A stretch of 64,000 bases of DNA from a virus. The stretch spans positions 32,001 to 96,000 of the IMG/VR virus record IMGVR_UViG_3300046474_000239, one strand, 5' to 3'. The position numbers and the translations under genes were made by a program. The notes beneath the pieces are model-generated. The model made no database searches, was not told where the DNA came from, and saw only the letters and a program-made list of their open reading frames with translations. Numbering within the stretch: position 1 is the first letter of the stretch; each line of letters starts with the position of its first letter. This document shows positions 27,929 to 37,164 of this stretch, one piece after another.

Positions 27929-28804
27929 ATGAATATCCACTCGAAGACCTTCTTCACTGGCGACACCCTGGAGCGCCTCGCGGGTGTATCGCGGATGATG
28001 GTGGAATTGCAGAATAAGCAAAACGTGATCGTGAACCCGCAGTGGCACACCGCAGGGTATCCGTTCATGCGGGCGGCCTGGACCGAAGCCAGCGAGGCAA
28101 TGGGTCACACCACCTGGGAATGGTGGAAGAACCTGGACAACAACTACCACGATGCGTTCCGTGAGGAGAAGGACATCGCAGAGTTCCACATGGAGCTGGT
28201 CGACGCCCTGCACTTCCTGATCAGTGACCACCTGCAAAGCTACATGCACAGTGACCCGGTTCACCCCTTTGCCTTGAACAACGCCGCGCAAAGCCTGATG
28301 ACCATGCTGGACAGAGGCTACGAGAAGCACGTCGATGATTCCTGGGTCGAGCGCTTCGCCCCGATGGACGAAACGCCATCCAAACTGGGCACCCCGGAGC
28401 AGACTCTGCGCCGCACTGAGGCACTCATCTCGGCTTGCCTGGATACCGACACCCGGAGTGCCTTCGAGCTGCTGGTCGAGGTGGCAGAACACACCGAGCT
28501 GGGTCTGGTTGGCTTGATCGGGCGGTACTTCGCCAAGGCCACCTTGAACCAGCACCGCTGGGCCAACGGCTACAAGGAAAAGACCTATATCAAGAACTGG
28601 GGTGACGGTAAGGAAGACAATACTTACCTGAACGAAATCGTCATCAACCAGCTCGAAGGCTTGTCGCTGGAGGACCTGCTCGAAGCGTTGAACCTCGGCG
28701 TTTGGCAAGCAGAGCTGGCGGAAGAATTAAACGACCTGTATGACAACGTGAAACGGACTGGCCACGCCCACCACCGGGCGGTTATGGTGCGATCCCCGTC
28801 CTAG
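27929..28804 (+). CDS. dimeric (all-alpha) dUTPase-like protein
   Basis: E..EA...WEWWK, ELVDALHFLIS, Y..K..LN..R..NGYK...Y.KNW...EDN. Confidence 0.85.
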   Translation: MNIHSKTFFTGDTLERLAGVSRMMVELQNKQNVIVNPQWHTAGYPFMRAAWTEASEAMGHTTWEWWKNLDNNYHDAFREEKDIAEFHMELVDALHFLISDHLQSYMHSDPVHPFALNNAAQSLMTMLDRGYEKHVDDSWVERFAPMDETPSKLGTPEQTLRRTEALISACLDTDTRSAFELLVEVAEHTELGLVGLIGRYFAKATLNQHRWANGYKEKTYIKNWGDGKEDNTYLNEIVINQLEGLSLEDLLEALNLGVWQAELAEELNDLYDNVKRTGHAHHRAVMVRSPS

Positions 28805-28825
28805 CCGTGCAATTGATTGCACCAG

Positions 28826-28854
28826 ACCCCGCCTAACCAGCGGGGTTTTTCTTT
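28826..28854 (+). terminator. intrinsic terminator
   Basis: ACCCCGC-CTAACCA-GCGGGGT-TTTTCTTT. Confidence 0.8.
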
Positions 28855-28910
28855 GCCTGAAGATAAGTTTGTGTTGTAAGCTCGCGCCAGTTCGGTATGG
28901 GAGATGCAAG

Positions 28911-29270
28911 ATGAACGAGAACGAAGAAAGGACGCTCAAAGCAGAGGTCGTCCAGGTGTTCTCGGCAGATGATTTGATCGTTTTGGTGGACCTCGGCGTA
29001 GAGAACCTTTTCAAGAAACAGCGGGTTCGATTGCACGGAGTAGATGCCCCAAACGCGGTCAGGTCTGGACCCGAGACCACCGCTGGAAAATTACGCTCTT
29101 ATGTCAAGTCGCTGTGCAAGGGCAAGACGCTGAGGTTGGAGATCAAAAGTCGCGGGGTCAGTAGCTGGGTGGTAGTTGCCTGGGTGATCAACGATGACGG
29201 TCTTGAAAAGAATCTGAACGAGGACCTGATGGCTCAGGGCTTCGCCTACAAACGGGAGAACAGCGCATGA
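28911..29270 (+). CDS. thermonuclease (SNase)-fold protein, probably catalytically degenerate
   Basis: VDLG...RVRLHGVDAP...LNEDLMAQGFA. Confidence 0.75.
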   Translation: MNENEERTLKAEVVQVFSADDLIVLVDLGVENLFKKQRVRLHGVDAPNAVRSGPETTAGKLRSYVKSLCKGKTLRLEIKSRGVSSWVVVAWVINDDGLEKNLNEDLMAQGFAYKRENSA

Positions 29271-30877
29271 GCACCCTCAGTTCCACTCGACGCATCACCC
29301 GGTCCCGTTTGCGCGGCAGCCCGGAGGTAGAGGCCAGGTCCACTATCATCCAGGTTCAGCGGGCGGAGTCCGACACCTCCCAACAACTTGAGTACATCGA
29401 CGAGTTCGCTCTGGCCTATGGCTCGGGTGACTTCATCCTCCCACCTCCCTATGCCATCCACCGCCTGTTCGAGGTAATCGAGAACTCGAACGCATTGCGT
29501 CCGTGCATTGACGCCTACGTGACCAACGTGGTCCGCCCAGGCTGGGAGATCGCACCGATCCGCCGCGATGCAAAGATCAACGAAGGTGAGAAGGCCGAGA
29601 CCCAGTCCTTTCTGGAGAACGCCAACGCCGAAGAAGATCTGCCGACCGTTATGGCCAAGGTGATCCGCGACCGCGAGTCGGTAGGCTTCGGCTTCCTGGA
29701 AGTGATCCGCGACGTGTCCAGCGAGCTGTCCCTCCTGCGCCACGCACCAGCGATCATCACCCGGCTGTGCCCGAAGCATAAGACTGAGGTCCTGGTCGAA
29801 TACACCATCCCTCGTGGTCGCCGTGTCAGCACCGTGAAAGAGTTACGCAAGTTCCGCCGCTTCCAGCAGCGCGTTATGGGTGCGGTCGTGTACTTCAAAG
29901 AGTTCGGTGACCCTCGCGACATGAACCGGAAGACTGGCCTGTTCCCGGAAGACGCGGGCTATGAGCCAGGCAACAGTGCCACCGAGATCATCCACTTCAA
30001 GCTGCCGTCGAATGAACCCTACGGCGTGCCTCGGTGGATCAACCAGTTGCCTTCGATCATTGGCAGCCGGGAGTCGGAAGAAGTGAACATGCGCTACTTC
30101 CAGGACAACACCGTGCCACCGATGATGCTGACGGTCGCGGGCGGCAAGCTGACGAACCAGTCCTACAAAGAGCTGACCAACATGCTCTCCAAAGGCGACG
30201 TAGGTAAGAACCGCCAGAACCGCATCATGTTGGTGGAAGCAGTAGGCGTCAGCGACAGCATGGACGGCAACGGCACCCCGGTGCAGCTCAAAGTCGAGAA
30301 GCTGACCGACTCCCGCCAAAGCGATGCACTGTTCAAAGAGTACGACCAAGCCAACATGGCCAAAGTTCGGTCGGCCTGGCGTCTTGGTTCCGTCCTGGTC
30401 GGCATGGGCGCCGACGCTAACTATGCGAACTCCCAAGTGGCTGTAGCACTCGCGGAGTCCCAAGTATTCGGCCCTGACCGGTCGGAGCTGGACGAGATCC
30501 TGAACAAGAAGGTCTTCATCGGTGCCAACGGCATGAAGATGAAGTCTGTCCGCATCGTCAGCCGCGTACCCGCGATCACCTCGCCGGAGACCACCATCAA
30601 GGCGTTGACCGCGCTGAACGTGATGGGCGCCGTGACCCCACGCACCGCAGTAGAGTCGGCGAACACCTTCCTGCAAGCCGAGCTGCCTGAGTACCCACAA
30701 CCGGGCGAAGCAGGCTACCAAGAGTGGATGGACCAACCTCTCCAGTTGACTACCGGGGCGGCCAAGACCCACGACGAACAGGCTGCCAAGGACCAGGAAG
30801 CGAAGGACCTCGAAGCCAGTGGCGACACGAGCCTCAAGCAGCCTGAACATGGCAAGGAAGGGGAGATTCTCAAATGA
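29267..30877 (+). CDS. portal protein (PBSX/XkdE-like)
   Basis: 536 aa; EIIHFK...YGVPRW, YF.DN..P..ML.V.GG; lies before the protease and capsid genes. Confidence 0.9.
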   Translation: MSTLSSTRRITRSRLRGSPEVEARSTIIQVQRAESDTSQQLEYIDEFALAYGSGDFILPPPYAIHRLFEVIENSNALRPCIDAYVTNVVRPGWEIAPIRRDAKINEGEKAETQSFLENANAEEDLPTVMAKVIRDRESVGFGFLEVIRDVSSELSLLRHAPAIITRLCPKHKTEVLVEYTIPRGRRVSTVKELRKFRRFQQRVMGAVVYFKEFGDPRDMNRKTGLFPEDAGYEPGNSATEIIHFKLPSNEPYGVPRWINQLPSIIGSRESEEVNMRYFQDNTVPPMMLTVAGGKLTNQSYKELTNMLSKGDVGKNRQNRIMLVEAVGVSDSMDGNGTPVQLKVEKLTDSRQSDALFKEYDQANMAKVRSAWRLGSVLVGMGADANYANSQVAVALAESQVFGPDRSELDEILNKKVFIGANGMKMKSVRIVSRVPAITSPETTIKALTALNVMGAVTPRTAVESANTFLQAELPEYPQPGEAGYQEWMDQPLQLTTGAAKTHDEQAAKDQEAKDLEASGDTSLKQPEHGKEGEILK

Positions 30878-31479
30878 CCGCCCAAGTCCGCATCGTCCAG
30901 CGAGATGATCGGCAGTTCGAGCAGGTAGTATTGGCCGAGCTGCTGGTCCCCTACGTGCCGAACTCCTACGGTGATGTCTACACCCCGGAGGCCATCAAGG
31001 AGTTCTGCTACACCTTCAGCCAGAAAGGCTTTGGCCTGGACGTTGACCACGACGGGGTGGACGTTGACGGTAAGCAGTACATCTTGGTCGAGAGCTTCAT
31101 CGCCCGCTCCGGGGACCCAGACTTCATCGAAGGGTCCTGGGTTGTGGGAGCGAAGATCCTGGACGCAGCCCTGTGGCAGCGCATCCTGGACGGCGAGATC
31201 AACGGGTTCTCCTTCGAGGCCAGCGTGTTCATGATCCCGGTTAACCTGGAGTACGACACCGATACATGGATCGTCTCCGGGCTGACCGAACCTGATCCTT
31301 TTGATGGACATACACACACATATACGGTAGTTCTAGGACCCTTGAACGGAGTAATCTCTGGTGGTACAGGGGTAACGGACGGGCACTCGCACTCGATCAC
31401 GGGCGCCACGGTGACCGGAGAAGCTGCCGGACACACTCACCGCTACCAAGTAATTGAGGACGAGGACGATGAGATCTAA
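30874..31479 (+). CDS. XkdF-type prohead serine protease with His-rich C-terminal repeats
   Basis: GD...E.I, DVDH, VESFIA, GSWV, W..I..GEINGFS; GHTH/GHSH/GHTH. Confidence 0.85.
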   Translation: MTAQVRIVQRDDRQFEQVVLAELLVPYVPNSYGDVYTPEAIKEFCYTFSQKGFGLDVDHDGVDVDGKQYILVESFIARSGDPDFIEGSWVVGAKILDAALWQRILDGEINGFSFEASVFMIPVNLEYDTDTWIVSGLTEPDPFDGHTHTYTVVLGPLNGVISGGTGVTDGHSHSITGATVTGEAAGHTHRYQVIEDEDDEI

Positions 31480-32902
31480 ACGAATCAAGCGGAGCGCCAC
31501 GGTGGAAGGAAACCTCGTCACCGTCGATGACCCAGCGTTCATTACCCTGGTGAAGAAACCAGCCAACCAAAGAGCTTTCGGGATTCTCCGATCCGCCCAA
31601 GAGGACGACAACGTGAGCAAACCAGCATCCAAGCGCGTACCGCGCACCCGGCGTAGCGAAGGCGCCGACAACCTCGTCCGCATCAGCCTCCCCGGTTCCC
31701 TGGATGAAGCTGGCGTGGCTGAGACTCTGGCCTCCTACGGCCTGGCCAACTTCACCGTTACCCGCAGCGAGGATGACACCTCCTGGGTAGCCCAGAACCC
31801 AGGTGCAATCAATTGCACCGACGTGACCACGGTCAACCTGGCTGACGGCATCGTGGCGCAGATCAAGCGCACCGAAGAGACCGAACCAACCGAAGGTAAG
31901 ACCAAGCTGACCGTCGTGACTCTGGAATTCGATGCAGGTTCCTTCCCTGACGCAGCCTCCTGCGCAGAATGGTGCCAGCGGAATTCTGTTGACTTCGATG
32001 AAAAAGCTCTGAACAATCCGTCTGGCAATCTTGTGTTGCAGCGGGCGGAGGTCCCTGAAGGCGAAGAAGTTCGCTTGATGGAGTTGGAAGGCGGTGTCAC
32101 GGCGACGATCATTCGTTCGCAAGTTGGCGACATCCCGGACGGCTTCATCGCAGTGATCAACGAGTATGCGTACGGTGGTTGGGGTTGGGGCCAACTGGAC
32201 TTCAACGCGGCGATGGCAGATGAGTCAGTAACAGAAGCGCTGAACGACGGGATGTGGATGCTGTCCGATTTGTTCCGCCAAATCCTGTTCTATAGCGAAC
32301 TGCCGGTCGATGTGAAGAAGGACTTGGTAACCCGCGCCTGCGGTCAGTTTGCTGAATACGCGAACGGGCTGCTGGACTCCCTCCCACGCCAGCTACTGGT
32401 ATCTGTTGCATCAATCCAGCGAAAAGAGAAGGAGCACGAAATGACTACCGCAGCGAAGAAAGACGAAAAGCCGCTGGATGTGCAGCGCAGCGAACCAGTC
32501 GCCGCCCCTGCCCCTGGCACTCCTGAGTTCATCACCGCCGTCGCCGAAACTGTTGCTACCGTTCTCGCCCAGCGCGAAGAAGCGGCCAAGAAAGCCGACG
32601 ACGACCGCATCAAGCGCGAAGAAGACGAAGCAGCCGACAAGCTGAAAGGCGAAGAAGCTGTCATCGCCCGCCGCGCCGAGATCACCGAAGCGGTGACCCT
32701 GGCTACTGCTCCACTGATGGAAAAGATCACCAAGCTGGAAGGCACCACCATCCTGCGCGGTGAAGGTGGCGAGCAACTCCCTGTTAAGCAGGAAGTGAAG
32801 CGCGGCACTGGCGACCTGTTCAAAGGCGTGTTTGGCACGGTCACCCGTACCGAGCGTGCTGCTGACCCTGAAGATGGTGCCGAGACTGGCGCTGACCAAT
32901 AA
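31469..32902 (+). CDS. scaffold / prohead-associated protein
   Basis: N-terminal FITLVKKPAN strand, charged coiled-coil C-terminus; sits between the protease and capsid genes. Confidence 0.75.
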   Translation: MRSKRIKRSATVEGNLVTVDDPAFITLVKKPANQRAFGILRSAQEDDNVSKPASKRVPRTRRSEGADNLVRISLPGSLDEAGVAETLASYGLANFTVTRSEDDTSWVAQNPGAINCTDVTTVNLADGIVAQIKRTEETEPTEGKTKLTVVTLEFDAGSFPDAASCAEWCQRNSVDFDEKALNNPSGNLVLQRAEVPEGEEVRLMELEGGVTATIIRSQVGDIPDGFIAVINEYAYGGWGWGQLDFNAAMADESVTEALNDGMWMLSDLFRQILFYSELPVDVKKDLVTRACGQFAEYANGLLDSLPRQLLVSVASIQRKEKEHEMTTAAKKDEKPLDVQRSEPVAAPAPGTPEFITAVAETVATVLAQREEAAKKADDDRIKREEDEAADKLKGEEAVIARRAEITEAVTLATAPLMEKITKLEGTTILRGEGGEQLPVKQEVKRGTGDLFKGVFGTVTRTERAADPEDGAETGADQ

Positions 32903-32949
32903 CCCGGCGCGAGCCACGTAACCAAATCCATGGATTCTAGGAGTCGAAA

Positions 32950-33975
32950 ATGACCACCTCCGCAAGCAATATCATTACTCGCGCCGACATCGCCCTGGCA
33001 GACTTCGCAGCCAACGGCGGCCTCCTGTTGCCCGAGCAAGCAAACCAGTTCATCGACTTCATCTACGATGAGCCGACCATCCTGAAACAGTCGCGCTTCA
33101 TCCGCATGACTGGCCCTCAGAAGAAAATCAACCGCATGGGCTTCGGCTCTCGCATCCTGCGCGCTGCTCGCCAAACTGGCGGCGACCTGGACGCGGGTGG
33201 TAACGACCGCTACGTTCGCGCTGCGGATCGTGCCAAGCCGACCACCAGCCAGATCCAACTGAGCACCTCCGAAGTGATCGCGGAAGTTCGCATCCCTTAC
33301 GAAGTGCTGGAAGACAACATCGAAGGCGAAAGCTTCGAAGCCCACGTTCTCCGCGCCATCGCTACCCGCGTAGCAATCGACCTGGAAGAACTGGCACTGT
33401 GGGGCGACACTGCGTCGGGTGATGCTTACCTGGCTCTGCAAAACGGCTGGATGAAGCGTGCCTCGGTACACGTTCTGGACAACCTGAACGCTGGCTTCAC
33501 CCACGACACCGCCGCCGCCGCGCTGTTGCTGATGCCTCCGAAGTACCTGCGTAACCTGCCGCAAATGAAGGGCTTCGTTTCGCTGGCCAACCGCATCCGC
33601 TACGCTCAGTACCTGTCGGCTCGTGGCACTGCCCTGGGTGACGCTGCACTGACCGGTAACGTACCGCTTCACGCGGCTGGTCTGGTCATCGAAGGCGCTG
33701 GCATGTTGGACGTACACGGCACCGGTAACCAGGGTCTGGTCACCATGCCTCAGAACTTGCTGTTCGGCATCCAGCGCGAAATCAGCATCGAGACCGACAA
33801 AGACATCCGCAGCCGCGAATACGTCATCGTCGTAACCGCTCGTGTTGCGCTGCAAGTCGACGACACCGACGCACTGGTCCGCCTGGATAACCTGGGTAAC
33901 GCTGCTGATCGTTCGCTGCCGGTTCGTATCACCAACACCATCGCCGATCCGGTCAACACCAACGAAGTGCCTTAA
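32950..33975 (+). CDS. major capsid protein (HK97 fold)
   Basis: GGLL.PEQA..FI, YEVLEDNIEG, D.EELA..GDT, P.NL..GIQR; strongly biased codons; terminator follows. Confidence 0.93.
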   Translation: MTTSASNIITRADIALADFAANGGLLLPEQANQFIDFIYDEPTILKQSRFIRMTGPQKKINRMGFGSRILRAARQTGGDLDAGGNDRYVRAADRAKPTTSQIQLSTSEVIAEVRIPYEVLEDNIEGESFEAHVLRAIATRVAIDLEELALWGDTASGDAYLALQNGWMKRASVHVLDNLNAGFTHDTAAAALLLMPPKYLRNLPQMKGFVSLANRIRYAQYLSARGTALGDAALTGNVPLHAAGLVIEGAGMLDVHGTGNQGLVTMPQNLLFGIQREISIETDKDIRSREYVIVVTARVALQVDDTDALVRLDNLGNAADRSLPVRITNTIADPVNTNEVP

Positions 33976-33998
33976 TCGGCCTTCTTGGATCGACAAAG

Positions 33999-34021
33999 AA
34001 GGGGCCTCACGGCCCCTTTTT
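33999..34021 (+). terminator. intrinsic terminator
   Basis: AAGGGGCC-TCAC-GGCCCCTT-TTT. Confidence 0.85.
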
Positions 34022-34055
34022 CACTAGGAATGGAATAACCCCGAGGTAACTACCC

Positions 34056-34640
34056 ATGAGCACTTTCCTCAAGTCTGTTCAGATCGAGAACATCTCTCTC
34101 CCCTCCCTTTTCGCTAACCCCGTCCGCAAGGGCGAGATCGTCGAAGTCCGCAGTGACGACGTGGCGACCACTCTGCTCACCCGCAGTCATTGGGAAGCAA
34201 AAGAAGAGGGCGGCGTGCCGGTAGAGTTGTTCCACTGGGAAAAGTCCACTGCCAAAGAGTATAAGGCCCAGGAAGACGCCAAGGCCGAAGCGGTAGCAGG
34301 CCAGAGGCCGAACGTACGCACTGAGCCGGTGAAAGATGACACCAACGAACAATCGAACGAACCCGAAGGCACCCACCCTCCGAAGGCAGCCGCTGCCGAG
34401 CAGGACGAGGAGCACGAGGAAGAAGAGGAAGATCCAGTCGATCCTCCTGCGGGCGGCGAGTCCGGTGACATTCGTATGACCGACCTGTCGGAAGACGGCG
34501 CTGGCAAGAACACCGAGACCACTGCACCGAAAGCCCCTGCTACACCAAAGGCGCCAAAGGCGGTCACCAAGCCAGCCGCAGCAAAAGCCCCGGCTAAGGC
34601 CCCTGCACGGCGAGCAGCACCGGTACAGCGCAAGAAGTGA
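34056..34640 (+). CDS. hypothetical virion-associated protein (acidic linker, PAK-rich tail)
   Basis: GAGG RBS; N-terminal domain resembles that of 37165. Confidence 0.7.
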   Translation: MSTFLKSVQIENISLPSLFANPVRKGEIVEVRSDDVATTLLTRSHWEAKEEGGVPVELFHWEKSTAKEYKAQEDAKAEAVAGQRPNVRTEPVKDDTNEQSNEPEGTHPPKAAAAEQDEEHEEEEEDPVDPPAGGESGDIRMTDLSEDGAGKNTETTAPKAPATPKAPKAVTKPAAAKAPAKAPARRAAPVQRKK

Positions 34641-34660
34641 TCTAACTGCCTGGAGGCTCT

Positions 34661-35296
34661 ATGTACATTCTCAATAACACCGAACTTACAAAGGGCACCT
34701 CGGCTGGTTCTAGTAACGCCTGCGGCGCGGGTACACCGGAACAGTTCGAGGACCTCCAGCGCACCATCCGTACCCGTGTGGAAGAAGCTCTCGGCATTGA
34801 AACCCTTGACCGGGTGGATTGCCGGGACACTTTCCAGATAACGGGCTGTGGCGCACAGGAATGCTTGCTGCGCACTACAAACGCATTCCTTACCATCGAC
34901 ACACCTGTGTTTCTCGACAGCGCGGGGGAAGTTCTGGAAATCACCCCTTCGCTAGTGGATCGGAAGTATGGCGTGATCACCGTAACGCTTGACCCTGGCA
35001 CGTACACCGTCACGTACACCAGCGGGTTCCTCGCGGAGCCGGGATCGAACGTCTACAAGTTTTTGCCGGACTGGGTGAAATCAATTGCACTGGCCACCGT
35101 GATCATGTGGCGGCGGTCGACCAACCTGGCGGCCACTGACAAGAACTCCTCGCACCAGGACTTGAACGCCTCGATTGTCCGGGAGCTGAATGCCCGGATC
35201 TTCAACCGCTACGACAGGCCTCGCTTCATGCACGAGTTCCCTGTGAAGTCGGAGCACCGGGCGGCTGGCACTACCGGAGACTGGAACGAATGGTAG
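34661..35296 (+). CDS. head-tail adaptor-like protein
   Basis: Position; VTYTSGF...LPDWVK.IA pattern typical of adaptors. Confidence 0.7.
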   Translation: MYILNNTELTKGTSAGSSNACGAGTPEQFEDLQRTIRTRVEEALGIETLDRVDCRDTFQITGCGAQECLLRTTNAFLTIDTPVFLDSAGEVLEITPSLVDRKYGVITVTLDPGTYTVTYTSGFLAEPGSNVYKFLPDWVKSIALATVIMWRRSTNLAATDKNSSHQDLNASIVRELNARIFNRYDRPRFMHEFPVKSEHRAAGTTGDWNEW

Positions 35297-35775
35297 ATGA
35301 CACGAAGTTCGTAAAGGGCGCGGCAAAACTGGGGCGAAGGATCGCCTCCATCCGTAGAGCCCTGAACCTCCCCGCCCTCACTGACGAGATCGGGGATTTG
35401 TTGTTAAAGCGGGTGCGGTCACGTTTCAGAGCCATGGTCGACCCAGACGGAACACCCTGGGTAGATCTAGCCCCGGCAACCCTCCGACGCAAAGCCCAAC
35501 TGGGGTACGGCGGGGAGCAGAAGCTGGTACGTAAGGGCTCCATGCGGGACGCTATTCAAGTTATCAAGGGTGGGCTCGGGTCTACCTTCTTCAACACAGG
35601 GGCGGGGCTGCGGATCGGTATTCAAGATCCTGAGATAGCCGAGTACGCCAGGGTACAAAACAAGGGGCAACCTGGCCGGATCCCGGCGCGGCGGTTCTTG
35701 GGTATAGGCAGGCTGGATGTACGAGCCGTCGACTCCCTGCTGCGAAGGAAAGCCCAGCAACTGGAGAACGTGTAA
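35290..35775 (+). CDS. virion morphogenesis / tail completion protein (Mu gpG, P2 gpS-like)
   Basis: RF....DPDG.PW..L...T, YA.V.N.G, IPARRFLG. Confidence 0.85.
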   Translation: MVDDTKFVKGAAKLGRRIASIRRALNLPALTDEIGDLLLKRVRSRFRAMVDPDGTPWVDLAPATLRRKAQLGYGGEQKLVRKGSMRDAIQVIKGGLGSTFFNTGAGLRIGIQDPEIAEYARVQNKGQPGRIPARRFLGIGRLDVRAVDSLLRRKAQQLENV

Positions 35776-36302
35776 TGGCTACCCAACTGCAAGACCGGCA
35801 AGACCTGCTGACCGTCCTGGAGAACGACCTGATCAACAAGGTCAAAGAAGCGGTCTGCAACGAGCAAATAGACGGGACCGTGCATGGCTGCTTCAGCCTG
35901 GACGACCTGGAGAAGAAGACAGGGGACTCCCTGTGCGGCGGTATCGCGTTCGGGATCGGCTACCAGGGTTGTGCACCAATCACCCCGGACAAGGCACAGT
36001 TAAACCCCCCGCAAGGCAACGCCGTGCAGATGGGCAACTTCATGTTTATGGTTTTGGTTGCAGCCCCTGTGGACGCTTTTTGTTCACAAAGGCTGACAGC
36101 GACAACTCTTTTGACTATTCTGCGCCAAGGTATCCTCGGCAAACCGGTAGTAGCCGACAGAGTTTCGGGGCGGAATGAAGTTCAGCGGACCTGGACCTTT
36201 GTGCAGGAGAAGCCCGAACTGAGTGAATCGACAGAAACAATGCTGTACTATACGCAGGTCTGGAGACTTGTGTTACCAATGAAAGGCAACTTTGCATCGT
36301 AG
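35775..36302 (+). CDS. putative tail terminator
   Basis: Size and position before the tail tube gene. Confidence 0.6.
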   Translation: MATQLQDRQDLLTVLENDLINKVKEAVCNEQIDGTVHGCFSLDDLEKKTGDSLCGGIAFGIGYQGCAPITPDKAQLNPPQGNAVQMGNFMFMVLVAAPVDAFCSQRLTATTLLTILRQGILGKPVVADRVSGRNEVQRTWTFVQEKPELSESTETMLYYTQVWRLVLPMKGNFAS

Positions 36303-36312
36303 GAGAATCGCT

Positions 36313-37101
36313 ATGAGCGTCAATCGAGTTATCCCGCAGTCGCACTACTACTCGGGTCAAGGTCGCCTGATCATTGGTGAACGCGATCCACTCACCGGTA
36401 AGTCCATCAGTCTGCGCCAGATCGGTAACTGCACCGCGCTGGAAGTGACTGTGCAGACCACCAAGACCGACCACAAAGAGTCTCAGTCCGGCGAACGCGC
36501 CATCGACCTGACTCTGGTTACCGAGAAATCGGCAACCTTCAACGTGACCTGTGAATCCATCAGCCTGGAAAACCTGGTGATGGGTCTCTGGGGTTCGATC
36601 ACCACCGGCCTCGCGGCTACCGTGGTTGACGAATCGCACGAAATCGCCAAGGGCGGCTTCATCGCGCTGGACGCCCAGAACGTGTCGGCGGTAGTTGTTG
36701 AAACCGACGAGACCACTCCGGTCACGCTGGTACTCAACACCGACTACACCCTGGACCCAGACTTCGGCACCATCCAGTTCACCCAGTCCGTGACCGTCCC
36801 TACTGGCGGCAAGGTCAACGTGAGCTACACCGGTGCTGCGGGCAACAAGACTCTGCAAGGCCTCACCGAGGTTATGCCTCCTGAGCGGTTCGTGCGCTTC
36901 GAAGGTATCAACACCGTCGACGGCGACCTGGTTCTGGTAGAGATCCCGCGTGCGTCGTTCGAGCCGCTGCAAAACCTGCCGTTGATCAACGAAGAGCTGG
37001 CCAGTTTCCAAATGACCGGCACCATCCTCCGCGACAACACCATCACCGATGCAACCCTGTCGAAGTACTTCCGGCAGACCTACCTCACCCCTGCCGCGTA
37101 A
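36313..37101 (+). CDS. major tail (tube) protein
   Basis: YYSGQG, IGNC..LE, DY.LD..FG.I, RFEGINT; biased codons; terminator follows. Confidence 0.88.
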   Translation: MSVNRVIPQSHYYSGQGRLIIGERDPLTGKSISLRQIGNCTALEVTVQTTKTDHKESQSGERAIDLTLVTEKSATFNVTCESISLENLVMGLWGSITTGLAATVVDESHEIAKGGFIALDAQNVSAVVVETDETTPVTLVLNTDYTLDPDFGTIQFTQSVTVPTGGKVNVSYTGAAGNKTLQGLTEVMPPERFVRFEGINTVDGDLVLVEIPRASFEPLQNLPLINEELASFQMTGTILRDNTITDATLSKYFRQTYLTPAA

Positions 37102-37120
37102 CGCGGGCCTGGGTTGGACT

Positions 37121-37151
37121 AAAAAGGGGCCACTTCGGTCCCTTTTTCTTT
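37121..37151 (+). terminator. intrinsic, possibly bidirectional, terminator
   Basis: AAAAAGGGGCC-ACTTC-GGTCCCTTTTT. Confidence 0.75.
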
Positions 37152-37164
37152 GGAGGAAAAGAAA

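Noticed and set aside
30874-32902. Frameshift fusion of protease and scaffold
   Set aside because: It would need a +1 shift with no evident slippery site, and the scaffold has its own GAGGA RBS and ATG at 31469
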